A stretch of 64,000 nucleotides of DNA, taken from positions 10,121 to 74,120 of the forward strand of contig CAJBNH010000137.1 in assembly GCA_903955385.1 (NCBI GenBank), given 5' to 3'. The position numbers and the translations under genes are program-made. Positions 42,730 through 52,028 of this stretch are shown here, piece by piece (the stretch's first letter is position 1; each line of letters opens with the position of its first letter). This DNA is from an uncultured Myxococcales bacterium (lineage in GTDB: Bacteria > Myxococcota_A > UBA9042). Below the pieces are notes generated by a model, which saw only the letters and a list, made by a program, of their open reading frames with translations, was not told the DNA's origin and ran no database searches.

Positions 42730-43710
42730 ATGAGCAAGATTCTGGTGTTGGCCGAGCATGACAAGGGCACGGTCAAGAAGCTCACCCTGAACACGCTGCT
42801 GTTTGCGCGCCAGCTCGCCCAGAAGACGGGGGGCAGCGTCGATATCGCCGTGCTCGGTCACGGCGTTGGCCCGGTCGCAGAGGCGTTGCGTGGCTTTGGC
42901 GCGGGGACCATCCACGTCGCGGACCACGCCGACCTCGCCTATCCGCTGGCGGGACCGTACGCCAAGGTGCTGGCCGACTTGGCCAAGTCGACGGGAGCCA
43001 AGGTCGTCGCCGCGACAGCCTCGTCGCTGGGCAAGGACGTGCTGCCGCGCGTGGCCGCCCGCTTGGGCGCCGGCATGGCAAGCGACGTCGTCGCGCTTGT
43101 GGATACCAAGGAAGGGACGGCCTATCGGCGACCGGTGTGGGCGGGCAGCCTGCTTGCCGACGTCGTCATCGATTCGCCCGTTCACGTTGTGTCGGTGCGC
43201 TCGTCCGCCTTCGATGCTGCAGAGGCGGTCGGTGGCGCGTCGCCGGTGCAAGCGTTTGCCGCGCAGCCCGACCTGGCCAAGGCCCGGGTCCGCTTCGTGA
43301 AGTTCGACGGCGTGCAGTCCACCCGCCCCGATCTGGCTGAGGCCAGCGTGGTGGTGGCCGGCGGTCGCGGTCTGAAGCCCGAGAAGGGCGGTTTTGGCGT
43401 CATCGAGCCCTTGGCCGACCTGTTGGGCGGCGCCATCGGTGCCTCGCGCGCGGCGGTTGACGACGGCTACTGCCCCAACGACTACCAGATCGGCCAGACG
43501 GGCAAGGTGGTGGCGCCGCAGCTGTACTTCGCGATTGCGATCTCAGGCGCCGTGCAGCACCTGGCGGGCATGAAGAACTCCAAGGTCATCGTCGCCATCA
43601 ACACCCGCGAGGACGAGCCCATCTTCAAGGTCGCCGACTACGGTCTGGTCGCGGACGCCTTCGTCGCCGTGCCGGAGCTCGTCGAGAAGCTCAAGGCGAT
43701 CAAGAGCTAG
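42730..43710 (+). CDS. etfA: Electron transfer flavoprotein alpha subunit
   Basis: [27 protein letters not shown] and [11 protein letters not shown]. Confidence 0.96.
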   Translation: MSKILVLAEHDKGTVKKLTLNTLLFARQLAQKTGGSVDIAVLGHGVGPVAEALRGFGAGTIHVADHADLAYPLAGPYAKVLADLAKSTGAKVVAATASSLGKDVLPRVAARLGAGMASDVVALVDTKEGTAYRRPVWAGSLLADVVIDSPVHVVSVRSSAFDAAEAVGGASPVQAFAAQPDLAKARVRFVKFDGVQSTRPDLAEASVVVAGGRGLKPEKGGFGVIEPLADLLGGAIGASRAAVDDGYCPNDYQIGQTGKVVAPQLYFAIAISGAVQHLAGMKNSKVIVAINTREDEPIFKVADYGLVADAFVAVPELVEKLKAIKS

Positions 43711-43726
43711 GCGACCCCGGCCCCGG

Positions 43727-45097
43727 ATGAACCTGAACGACACCATCGTCGCTGCGGCTACCGCACCCATGCCGGCGGGCGTGGCGGTCGTGCGCGTGTC
43801 GGGTTCCCTGGCGGTGTCGATGGCCTGTGCCTTGACCGGCCGCTTGCCGGTCGATTTCCCGTCCGGGCACCTGCGGTTTGGTCCGCTTTGCTGGGAGGAT
43901 CGGCTGCTCGATCGGGGCTATGCCGTCGTTTTCCGCGCACCGCGGTCGTTCACCGGCGAGGACGTCGCAGAGTTTCACGTGCACGGGTCGCTTGCGGTCG
44001 TCGACGCGCTGCTGGAGGCCGCCTGCCGCTTGGGCGCCCGTCCTGCCCAACCCGGTGAATTCACTTATCGCGCGCTGGAACACGGCAAGCTGGACCTCGT
44101 GCAGGCAGAGGCCTTGGCCGATCTGGTCTCGGCCCGCAGCGAGACTGCCCGGCTGGCGGCGCTGGACCATCTGGACGGGCAGCTGAGCCGGCGTTTGCAG
44201 GACCTGCGCGCCCCGTTGCTCGAGCTGTTGGCTGAGGTGGAGGCGCATCTGGACTTCCCGGTCGAGACTGGCGACGCGGCACCCGACGACGCGGCGTGGA
44301 CGGCTCGGGCCTTGCAACTCGCGGATCAGGTGGCGCAGCTGCGGGCGACAGCCCGTGCCGGGCGCGTGCGGCTGCACGGGGCGCGCGTGGTGCTGTACGG
44401 TGCCCCGAACGCGGGCAAGTCCACGTTATTCAATGCCTTGATTGGCATCGACCGGGCGCTGGTCGACCCCCGGCCCGGCACCACCCGCGACACCTTGGAA
44501 GTCACGACTGCTCCCGACGGCGTGCTGCTGACATGGGTCGACACGGCGGGCGTGCACGACGCCCAGGACCCGGTCGAGCGTGAGGGAACGCGTCGCGCGC
44601 AGGCTGAGGTCGCGCACGCCGATGTCGTGCTGTGGGTGCAGGACCAGAGCTCCGCCCCGGGACCGCTGCCTTCGCCGCAAGAGCTGGCCGTGGTCGAGGC
44701 GCCGGTCGTCGTGCGGGTGCGCGCCCAAGCCGACAAGCCGACCCATCCCGCGTTTTCGCAGAATGCCGAGCATTTACAGGATGTTGTGGTGTCCGCCCAG
44801 AGTGGGCTGGGCCTCCGTGCGCTCAGGGATGCCATCGTGGCGGCGGTGCGCGGGCTGCAGGCGGAGGGGCCGGGAACGGCAGGGGTGGCCATTGCGCGTC
44901 AACGTCACGCCTTGGCGCTGGACCAAGCCCGCGAGGCGCTGGAGCGGGCCGTGGCGGCCTTGCAGTCCCGAAGTCCGCTGGAGCTCGCCGCTGCCGACCT
45001 GCGCGACGCCGCGGACGCGCTGGACGAGCTGGTGGGCACCGTGCGCAGCGACGACGTGCTGGGCCAGGTGTTCTCCACATTCTGCATTGGCAAGTAG
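43727..45097 (+). CDS. mnmE: tRNA uridine-5-carboxymethylaminomethyl(34) synthesis GTPase MnmE
   Basis: DTIVAAAT, PRSFTGEDVAEFHVHG, GEFT, GAPNAGKS, GTTRD, DTAG and C-terminal FCIGK. Confidence 0.95.
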   Translation: MNLNDTIVAAATAPMPAGVAVVRVSGSLAVSMACALTGRLPVDFPSGHLRFGPLCWEDRLLDRGYAVVFRAPRSFTGEDVAEFHVHGSLAVVDALLEAACRLGARPAQPGEFTYRALEHGKLDLVQAEALADLVSARSETARLAALDHLDGQLSRRLQDLRAPLLELLAEVEAHLDFPVETGDAAPDDAAWTARALQLADQVAQLRATARAGRVRLHGARVVLYGAPNAGKSTLFNALIGIDRALVDPRPGTTRDTLEVTTAPDGVLLTWVDTAGVHDAQDPVEREGTRRAQAEVAHADVVLWVQDQSSAPGPLPSPQELAVVEAPVVVRVRAQADKPTHPAFSQNAEHLQDVVVSAQSGLGLRALRDAIVAAVRGLQAEGPGTAGVAIARQRHALALDQAREALERAVAALQSRSPLELAAADLRDAADALDELVGTVRSDDVLGQVFSTFCIGK

Positions 45098-45101
45098 GCG
45101 G

Positions 45102-45461
45102 TCAGAGCCAAGCGGCGACGGCGACGCGGTAGCGGCCGAAGTCCAGCTCGATGCGGGCCAGGTCCTCGCGGATGGCCGCGAGCTGACCGTCGCGGGCGTG
45201 CAACCACAGGTTATCGGCTGTGCTCGCCATCGTCTGGGCACCCAGGTTTGCCGCCGCACCTTTCAGCGTATGGGCTTGGCGGGAGATCTCAGCGGCGTCG
45301 CCGGTGGCCACCGCGTGTCGCAACAGCACCAGACGCTCCGCGGCGTCGGTCAGGAACAGCGGCAGCACGCTGCGAAACATGTCCTCGTCATCCAGCATCC
45401 TCGCCATCGTACCCGGCAGGTCGAAGTCGACGTCCGCGGCAGTGGGGGGCAGCTGGGTCAT
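45102..45461 (-). CDS. Stand-alone Hpt (histidine phosphotransfer) protein
   Basis: AHTLKGAAANLGA motif in a 119-aa helical protein. Confidence 0.88.
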   Translation of the reverse strand: MTQLPPTAADVDFDLPGTMARMLDDEDMFRSVLPLFLTDAAERLVLLRHAVATGDAAEISRQAHTLKGAAANLGAQTMASTADNLWLHARDGQLAAIREDLARIELDFGRYRVAVAAWL

Positions 45462-45650
45462 GGGGAGGATTCTCCGGCATCAGCAGCGGGGAGGGAGGCG
45501 TCCCGTGGCGTGCGGGGAAGTCACCAGCGTAGTCACGCCCGGTGACGCGAACAAGAGACGTACGGGCTCATCGCGAAGAAAGCCAACGAAAAATGCTGGT
45601 TTGCGCGACCTTGACCGGTCACGTCGCGGTTCAGCGCGTGGGGGGGGCGG

Positions 45651-45992
45651 TCAGCGCCACAGGGTCCAGTCGGTCCGCGACAGCACCAGATCTCGAACCG
45701 GCGGCTCTGCGGTGCCGGCCAGTAGGGAGTCGAGCTGATCCAGCACAAGATTCAGCACTTCCGGTGTTGCGACCGAGTGCAGCCGCACCGAAGCGTCCGC
45801 CGTCTCGACCATCGCCGTGGCCCCAATGGCGCAGCCGGACAGGCAGGACACGGGCGAGACGACCAACTCCCGTCCGTGCCGCTTGGCCCAAGCGTTGGCG
45901 GCGGCCATCATCGGGTGCAGCGGCGTGCAAGGCTGCGCGCCTTTGCCTTTTCGCCGGCAGGTGCCGCAGAGCTGCAGCGAGACGGTCGTCAT
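45651..45992 (-). CDS. DUF1636-like small Cys-containing protein
   Basis: LCGTCR near the N-terminus and VSCLSGC. Start overlaps the thrC stop. Confidence 0.65.
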   Translation of the reverse strand: MTTVSLQLCGTCRRKGKGAQPCTPLHPMMAAANAWAKRHGRELVVSPVSCLSGCAIGATAMVETADASVRLHSVATPEVLNLVLDQLDSLLAGTAEPPVRDLVLSRTDWTLWR

Positions 45993-47041
45993 CCGAACAC
46001 CCCGCGCACAAGCTCAGCCAACTCGGCGCGAATGGTGCGGAATTCGGGTGCCACCGCGATCGCCCGGTCGGGGTCCTTCAGGCCGTGGCCCGTCAGCACG
46101 CAGACGATGCGCTCGTCCTTGCGAAACGGCTCCAACTGGTTGCGTTGCAGGATGCCGGCGAACGACGCGGCCGATGCCGGCTCGCAGAACACACCTTCGA
46201 CCCGCGCCAGCAGCTGCCACGCGGCCAGGATCTGTTCATCGGTCACCGCCTCGATGCGTCCGCCCGACTCGTCCCGCGCCGCAAGGGCCTGCTTCCAGCT
46301 GGCCGGGTTGCCGATGCGGATGGCGGTGGCCACCGTCTCGGGGTGCTCGACGGGATGGCCCAGCACGATGGGGGCGCTGCCCGCGGCTTGAAAGCCTTGC
46401 ATCTTGGGTAGTTGCGTGCTGCGCCCCGCTTGAAGATAGCGCTGGAAGCCCAGCCAGTACGCCGTGATGTTGCCGGCGTTGCCGACGGGGATCGCCAGGT
46501 GGTCGGGGGCGTCACCCAGCTCGTCGCAGATCTCGAACGCGGCGGTCGTCTGGCCCTCGATACGGAATGGATTCACAGAGTTTACCAGCTCGATCGGGTA
46601 CTGCTGGCTCAGCTGCCGCGCCAATTCCAGCGCCTCGTCGAAATTGCCGTCGACGGCCAGCACCTCAGCGCCGTGGATGATCGCCTGGCTCAATTTCCCC
46701 AGCGCGACCTTGCCCTTGGGCAGCAGCACCACGGCCCGCATGCCCGCCCGTGCCGCGTAGGCCGCTGCCGACGCCGACGTGTTGCCGGTCGACGCACACA
46801 GCACCGCCTTGGCACCCTGCTCGGCGGCCTTCGAGATGGCCATCGTCATGCCGCGATCCTTGAAGGATCCCGTGGGGTTCAGACCCTCGAACTTCACCCA
46901 CACCTGCGCCGCGATGCCCAGCTGGGCGCACAGGCGGGGGATCGGCAGCAGCGGCGTGTCGCCCTCGTGCAGCGTGATGATCGGCGTGCGGTCGGTGACG
47001 GGAAGGAACTCTCGGTACTTGCGCAACAATCCCTGGGTCAT
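45989..47041 (-). CDS. thrC: Threonine synthase
   Basis: [11 protein letters not shown] (PLP lysine), [17 protein letters not shown] and EPASA. Confidence 0.95.
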   Translation of the reverse strand: MTQGLLRKYREFLPVTDRTPIITLHEGDTPLLPIPRLCAQLGIAAQVWVKFEGLNPTGSFKDRGMTMAISKAAEQGAKAVLCASTGNTSASAAAYAARAGMRAVVLLPKGKVALGKLSQAIIHGAEVLAVDGNFDEALELARQLSQQYPIELVNSVNPFRIEGQTTAAFEICDELGDAPDHLAIPVGNAGNITAYWLGFQRYLQAGRSTQLPKMQGFQAAGSAPIVLGHPVEHPETVATAIRIGNPASWKQALAARDESGGRIEAVTDEQILAAWQLLARVEGVFCEPASAASFAGILQRNQLEPFRKDERIVCVLTGHGLKDPDRAIAVAPEFRTIRAELAELVRGVFG

Positions 47042-48333
47042 GCTTCCTCGCTCCCTTCCACGCGGATCACTTGGGCGATGCGCTCGACTTGCGGCAGGCC
47101 CGCGACTTCCTCAAGCGCGGCGAGCAGCTGCCGCTCGACCGCCTGATGCGTCACGAACAGCAGGTCCACCGGCGCGTCGCGGCGACCCTTCTGGATCATC
47201 GACGCGACGCTGACCTGGTGGCGGCCCAGCACGGTCGCGATGGCGCCCAGCACGCCCGGTTGGTCGGCGACCTGAATCGCGAGGTAGTACCGCGACGTCA
47301 CCTCCGTCATCGGAAGCACCGCAAGTCTTCGAGAAGGCATCGGAATCCGCCCCGACACCCCGCGCCGCAGATCCTGGGCTGCGTCCACGATGTCGGCCAG
47401 TACTGCGCTGGCGGTCGGCATCCGCCCCGCGCCGCGTCCGTAGAACATCAGGTCGCCTACCGCATCCCCGTGCACGAACACGGCATTGTAGGCGCCGTGG
47501 ACAGCGGCCAGCGGGTGGTCGGCCGGGATCATGGTGGGGTGCACCCGCAGCTCGACCTGACCGTCGCGGTCCTTGGCGATGGCGAGCAGCTTGATCACAT
47601 GGCCCAGATCGGCCGCCGCTTGGATGTCGGTGGGCGTCAGGTGGCCGATGCCGGCGCGGTAGACGTCGTCCGACGCAAACTCGGCGCCAAAGGCCAGACC
47701 CGCCAGAATCGCCAGCTTGCTGGCTGCGTCGTCGCCGTCTACGTCTGCTGCCGGATTCGCCTCGGCATAGCCCAGGTCCTGCGCCTGCTTCAGCGCCTCG
47801 GCAAACCCGACCTTGTCCTGCGTCATGCGCGTCAGGATGAAGTTCGTGGTGCCGTTGACGATGCCGTACAGCGCCTGCACGCGGTTGCCCGACAGCGACT
47901 CGGCCAACGCCTTGACGATGGGGATGCCGCCCGCGACCGCAGCCTCGCAGTGCAGCCCCGCGCCGCCTTGCAGCGCCGCTTCCCGCAGCTCAGCCCCGTG
48001 CTTGGCCAGCAGCTCCTTGTTGGCCGTCACGACGTGCACGCCGCGTCGCAGCGCCTCGCACAGCAGCGTGCGCGCCGGCTCGATGCCGCCCATCACCTCG
48101 ACCAGAACGTCGATCTCGGGGTCGGCCGCGACCAAGGTCGGGTCGCCGCACAGCAGGTCCGGGTCCAAGTCCACGTCGCGGGGCTTGTCGGGGTCGCGCA
48201 CGGCCACGCGCCGCAGCTGCAACGGTCCGCCTGCCCGTTCCGCCAGCAATTCCGCATGGCGTTGAAGCAGTTCGGCGACTCCGGCGCCCACGGTGCCCAG
48301 GCCGAGCAGGGCGATCTCCAGGGGGCGCGTCAT
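47038..48333 (-). CDS. hom: Homoserine dehydrogenase with ACT domain
   Basis: [47 protein letters not shown] and ACT DQPGVLG. Confidence 0.96.
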   Translation of the reverse strand: MTRPLEIALLGLGTVGAGVAELLQRHAELLAERAGGPLQLRRVAVRDPDKPRDVDLDPDLLCGDPTLVAADPEIDVLVEVMGGIEPARTLLCEALRRGVHVVTANKELLAKHGAELREAALQGGAGLHCEAAVAGGIPIVKALAESLSGNRVQALYGIVNGTTNFILTRMTQDKVGFAEALKQAQDLGYAEANPAADVDGDDAASKLAILAGLAFGAEFASDDVYRAGIGHLTPTDIQAAADLGHVIKLLAIAKDRDGQVELRVHPTMIPADHPLAAVHGAYNAVFVHGDAVGDLMFYGRGAGRMPTASAVLADIVDAAQDLRRGVSGRIPMPSRRLAVLPMTEVTSRYYLAIQVADQPGVLGAIATVLGRHQVSVASMIQKGRRDAPVDLLFVTHQAVERQLLAALEEVAGLPQVERIAQVIRVEGSEEA

Positions 48334-48518
48334 GGCAGGGCTCCTTGCGGATGCAGGGGCAGACTTGCAGGTCGGGGCGGGAAGGCGCAAAAAACTGGCC
48401 TTGCGTCCACCGCGGCCCGCATACTTTGCCCGCAGGTCGACAAGGCGCGCAACAGGACGCGTGCGATCAACCCGCCCCAAGCCTCTTGTGCAGGGGCTCG
48501 ACAAAACGGAGGAAAGCC

Positions 48519-48638
48519 ATGCCGAAGGGTCAAGAGAAAACCGACAAGAACAACAAGCCCAAGCTGACCACCAAGGAGAAGCAGGCCAAGAAGAAGGACA
48601 AGAAGACCGCAAAGGGCAGCTCGGCCGCGACGCTGTGA
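48519..48638 (+). CDS. Small Lys-rich protein (39 aa)
   Basis: GGAGG RBS; MPKGQEKTDKNNKPKLTTKEKQAKKKDKKTAKGSSAATL; GC-ending codons; stop overlaps the next GTG start (GTGA). Confidence 0.6.
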   Translation: MPKGQEKTDKNNKPKLTTKEKQAKKKDKKTAKGSSAATL

Positions 48639-49609
48639 CCCTTTCGCGTGTCTTTGTGCTCGGCGCGCTGCTGGCCGGCCTTGTGGGCTGCGGAGCTGGC
48701 GGTGCGAGCATGACCGACCCCGCTTGGCAGACCGACCTCGACCGGGACCATCCCTTGGTCGGTCGGATCTGGCATGGGCCGTCGCGTCGTTTCGTTGCGC
48801 CCGAAGAGATGCTGGCCGATCTGGCCGGCCGCGACTTCGTGTTGCTTGGCGAGAAACACGACCATCCCGACCACCACCAGCTTCAGGCGCTTGTCGTGCT
48901 GGAGCTGGCGGTGCGTGGTCGGCGGCCAGCGGTCGGGTTCGAGATGCTCGAGCCGAGCCAGCAGGCACCGCTCGACGCCTTTCTGGCACAGCACCCCACC
49001 GACGCGGCGCAGCTTGGCCCTGCCGTCAGCTGGCAGGACAGCAGCTGGCCGGATTGGGAGCTGTATCGGCCCATCGCGCAGGCCGCGCTGGACGCGGGAT
49101 TGCCTTTGTTTGCCGCGAACTTGCCGGGGGCCGACGCCAAAGCGATCTCGCGCAACGGTCTGGCCGCGCTGGACGCAGAGAGCCGCAAGCGGTTTGCGCT
49201 GGACATGCCGTTCGACGCGACCACCGCAGCTGAGATGGAGCAGGAGGTGCTGGACAGCCACTGCGGCATGCTCCCGAAACACGCGGCCCCGCCGATGGCG
49301 ATGGCCCAGCGCGCCCGCGATGCCGCAATGGCCGATGCCCTGCTGGCCCACGCAAGTCCGGGTGGCGCCGTGCTGATCACCGGGAACGGTCACGCGCGCA
49401 AGGACCGCGGCGTGCCGTGGTGGCTGCGGCAGCGGGCGCCCGGCAAGTCGATCGCGTCGGTGGCGTTCGTCGAGGTGCGCGCGGGTCTCGATCCGCAACA
49501 GGGCGAGCCGGGGGCCGTTGCCGACTACGTCTGGTACACGCCGCGCTTGGACGACACCGACCCTTGCGCGGAATTCCGCGACCAGCTTGAGAAAATGCGC
49601 GGGCGGTAG
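48635..49609 (+). CDS. ChaN-family (haem-uptake/TIKI-EreA superfamily) lipoprotein
   Basis: Lipobox LVGC; VLLGEKHDHPDHH, GFEML, SHCGMLP, QRARDAAMA and ITGNGHAR. Confidence 0.88.
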   Translation: MTLSRVFVLGALLAGLVGCGAGGASMTDPAWQTDLDRDHPLVGRIWHGPSRRFVAPEEMLADLAGRDFVLLGEKHDHPDHHQLQALVVLELAVRGRRPAVGFEMLEPSQQAPLDAFLAQHPTDAAQLGPAVSWQDSSWPDWELYRPIAQAALDAGLPLFAANLPGADAKAISRNGLAALDAESRKRFALDMPFDATTAAEMEQEVLDSHCGMLPKHAAPPMAMAQRARDAAMADALLAHASPGGAVLITGNGHARKDRGVPWWLRQRAPGKSIASVAFVEVRAGLDPQQGEPGAVADYVWYTPRLDDTDPCAEFRDQLEKMRGR

Positions 49610-49749
49610 CACCACGACCTCTCCCGCTGCCGATTCCCCCTTCCTCTTGAATCCCTTTCGACCCCTGAACTCAGGCTGGCCGACCGTTCACGTCTGGCGC
49701 AAGATAGTCCCGAGCCCGGCGGCGCGGTCGTGCCGGGGGAGAGGACATC

Positions 49750-50577
49750 ATGATCGAGCCGAAGCTGGCGAATTCGCTGCTGGAAGCGTGGCAGGCGCTG
49801 CGATCGGCGTCGGCAGAGCGCGGCTCGCCCTTCCTGCCCATCGACCCAGAGGATCTGCGGGCGCTGCAGCACCGCATCGACGTGCCCGCCGTCCTGCTGG
49901 CCGTGTTGCGCGAGGGTACGCCGGTCGATCCCGTCGCCGTGGGTCCCCATCGGCTGCTGCCGACCTGGCACGACGCGAACGAGAAGCTGCAGCGCCGCCC
50001 CGCCTGGCCCCGTCACCTGTTGCCGTTGGGCACTTCGGGGACGGGAGAAGTCGTGCTCGACACGCGCCAAGGGCACATCGGCTGGGCGGATTTGGCGGGT
50101 GGCGCAGGGCAGACCTCGGGCATTCCGATGCCGGTGCTGGCGCTGTATCCGGACCCCGCGGCGTTCATCGACGATCTGCGTGGCTGGGTCGAGGTCGTGC
50201 ACCCGGAAGACGCCCGGGCCGTGCGTTCGTGGCAGGGCTTGCGGCAGGTGGCTTGGGATGCGTTGGAAGGGCACCTGGGCCCCGGCTGGCACACCCGCGC
50301 GCTGTTTGCCGAGGTCAGGCCGATGGCGGAGGTGTGCGTGCGGCTGCAGGTTGACCTGCGCCGCAACATTCGCCTGACGTACGCGACCGCGGCCGCACTG
50401 GCCTTGTCGCCCGTGATCGGGGGCTGGGTGGCGGTGCAGACGGGGCTGGTGCCGCCGTGGCAGGGCGCGGTGGCCGGGTTGGGGCTGATCGGCATCGCGC
50501 CTGCGTGGCTGTTGGCGCAGCTACGGGCCGATGGCGCGCGTTTGGGGCGGTTGCTGCGGACGTTGCCGCGCGATTGA
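49750..50577 (+). CDS. Hypothetical protein, possible SMI1/KNR4 (SUKH)-like N-domain plus two C-terminal TM helices
   Basis: GAGGA RBS; EDLRALQHRIDVPAVLLAVL...LLPLGTSGTGEVVLDTRQGHI...AAFIDDL; hydrophobic hairpin at the C-terminus. Confidence 0.55.
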   Translation: MIEPKLANSLLEAWQALRSASAERGSPFLPIDPEDLRALQHRIDVPAVLLAVLREGTPVDPVAVGPHRLLPTWHDANEKLQRRPAWPRHLLPLGTSGTGEVVLDTRQGHIGWADLAGGAGQTSGIPMPVLALYPDPAAFIDDLRGWVEVVHPEDARAVRSWQGLRQVAWDALEGHLGPGWHTRALFAEVRPMAEVCVRLQVDLRRNIRLTYATAAALALSPVIGGWVAVQTGLVPPWQGAVAGLGLIGIAPAWLLAQLRADGARLGRLLRTLPRD

Positions 50578-50598
50578 TTCCTGCGTTGTTCGGCGCCC

Positions 50599-51957
50599 CT
50601 ACGTGGTCGCGCTTTCGGGGCCATGCGTCCACGGCCGACTGACAGCCATTGCCCACGTCATCGGCAACGCGCGCCACGCCATCCGGTGCAGGTTCCTGCG
50701 CTTGAACCTGCGGATCTGCTGCAGCAGCCAGTCCTGCGGCGTGTCGGGCGAGACGTAGAACTTCGCGTCCCAGCCGTCGTCGTCCGCGCCGATCACGCCC
50801 TCGGCCACCGCGCGATCGTAAAGCGGCGTGCGGGGTTGGATGCGCCAGCCGACGCTGAAGTCGACCCACCACGAGCCGGCGTCCCAGCCGCCCTGCAGCG
50901 TCTCGAGCGCCGTCTCGCGCGTCTCGCCCGGTCCCCCCAGCGTCGGCATCAGCATGGTGCCCACGCCCGCGCGGTGCAGCCCGGCCATGTCGCGGTCGAT
51001 CTCCTTGCGGGTAAACGACTTGCCCATCGCGCGCAGCACGGGGTCCGAGAAGCTCTCGGCGAACACCACCACCGCCGCGCCGCCCGCCCGCTTGTACAGC
51101 GCGAAGAACTCGTCGTCGGCCTGGCCCGGATCGAACACGGACCACAGCTGCAATTGCGCACCCTGCTTCAGGATCTCTCGCAGCACGTCCTTGGCGTGTT
51201 CCAGCGGCCGGTTGAAGCCGGCGTCGACCAGAAAGACGCTTTTGACCTTGCCGGTCCGCTTCAGCTTCAGCAGGTCGCCCGCCACCTCGGCCGGGTCGCG
51301 CAACACGAAGCGCTTGCCGAAGGTGTGGAAGGTGTCGCAGAACGCGCAGTTCTCGGGGCAGCCGGTGCGGGTGACGACGCCGGCCTGCCAGTAGCCGCGG
51401 CGGTAACGCGACAGATCGACCAGGTCCCAGTTGTCGAACGTGACGTCGCGGTACCCGACGATCTGGAAGGGGTTTTCGACGACTTCGCCCGTCAGCGCGC
51501 GGTGGACCAGCCCGGGCGTCTCGCGGTCGGGGCTGCCGGCCGCCAGCGACTGCACGAACCGCGCGATCGGCTCCAGATCGTCGCCGCAATAGCCCCACTC
51601 TGCGCCCATCACGTCCAGCATTCGCTTGGGATAGGTCGTGAACGCGGTACCGCCCAGCAGCATCGGCGCCGGGCAGACCTGGCGAACCGCCTGTAGCATC
51701 GACGCAATTTCAGGGATGGGGTCGTAGAAGTCGCCGGGCGTCATGTTGTCGCGGTTGCGGATCGAGAAGCACAGCAGCTGGGGCTGGAACGACCGCGCGG
51801 CTTCGACCACGGCCTGGCGGGGCTTCTTTTCGACGTTGCAGTCGAGGAAGTGCACGTCGTGGCCGTCGCGCTTGAGCCGGGCGGCGACCAGCGACGCGCC
51901 GATGGGGCTGGGGGACAACAGGCGATAGGTGTTGGTGTTGGTGACGAGGATGCGCAT
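50599..51957 (-). CDS. Cobalamin-binding radical SAM protein
   Basis: N-terminal B12-binding-like domain (GHDVHFLD, FSIRNRDN, LLGG); CPENCAFC (CxxxCxxC); no C-terminal SPASM Cys cluster. Confidence 0.88.
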   Translation of the reverse strand: MRILVTNTNTYRLLSPSPIGASLVAARLKRDGHDVHFLDCNVEKKPRQAVVEAARSFQPQLLCFSIRNRDNMTPGDFYDPIPEIASMLQAVRQVCPAPMLLGGTAFTTYPKRMLDVMGAEWGYCGDDLEPIARFVQSLAAGSPDRETPGLVHRALTGEVVENPFQIVGYRDVTFDNWDLVDLSRYRRGYWQAGVVTRTGCPENCAFCDTFHTFGKRFVLRDPAEVAGDLLKLKRTGKVKSVFLVDAGFNRPLEHAKDVLREILKQGAQLQLWSVFDPGQADDEFFALYKRAGGAAVVVFAESFSDPVLRAMGKSFTRKEIDRDMAGLHRAGVGTMLMPTLGGPGETRETALETLQGGWDAGSWWVDFSVGWRIQPRTPLYDRAVAEGVIGADDDGWDAKFYVSPDTPQDWLLQQIRRFKRRNLHRMAWRALPMTWAMAVSRPWTHGPESATT

Positions 51958-52028
51958 GCGGGTTGCCTCCGGTCGCGCCGGATCGTGCACTGGCGTGGCG
52001 GGTGTGGCAACCGTTCCAAGCGGCGCGA

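Noticed and set aside
50599-51957. B12 radical SAM as the maturase of the KYGG peptide
   Set aside because: It lies 40 kb away and has no SPASM cysteines or RRE partner, so it is the wrong subclass for a splicease.
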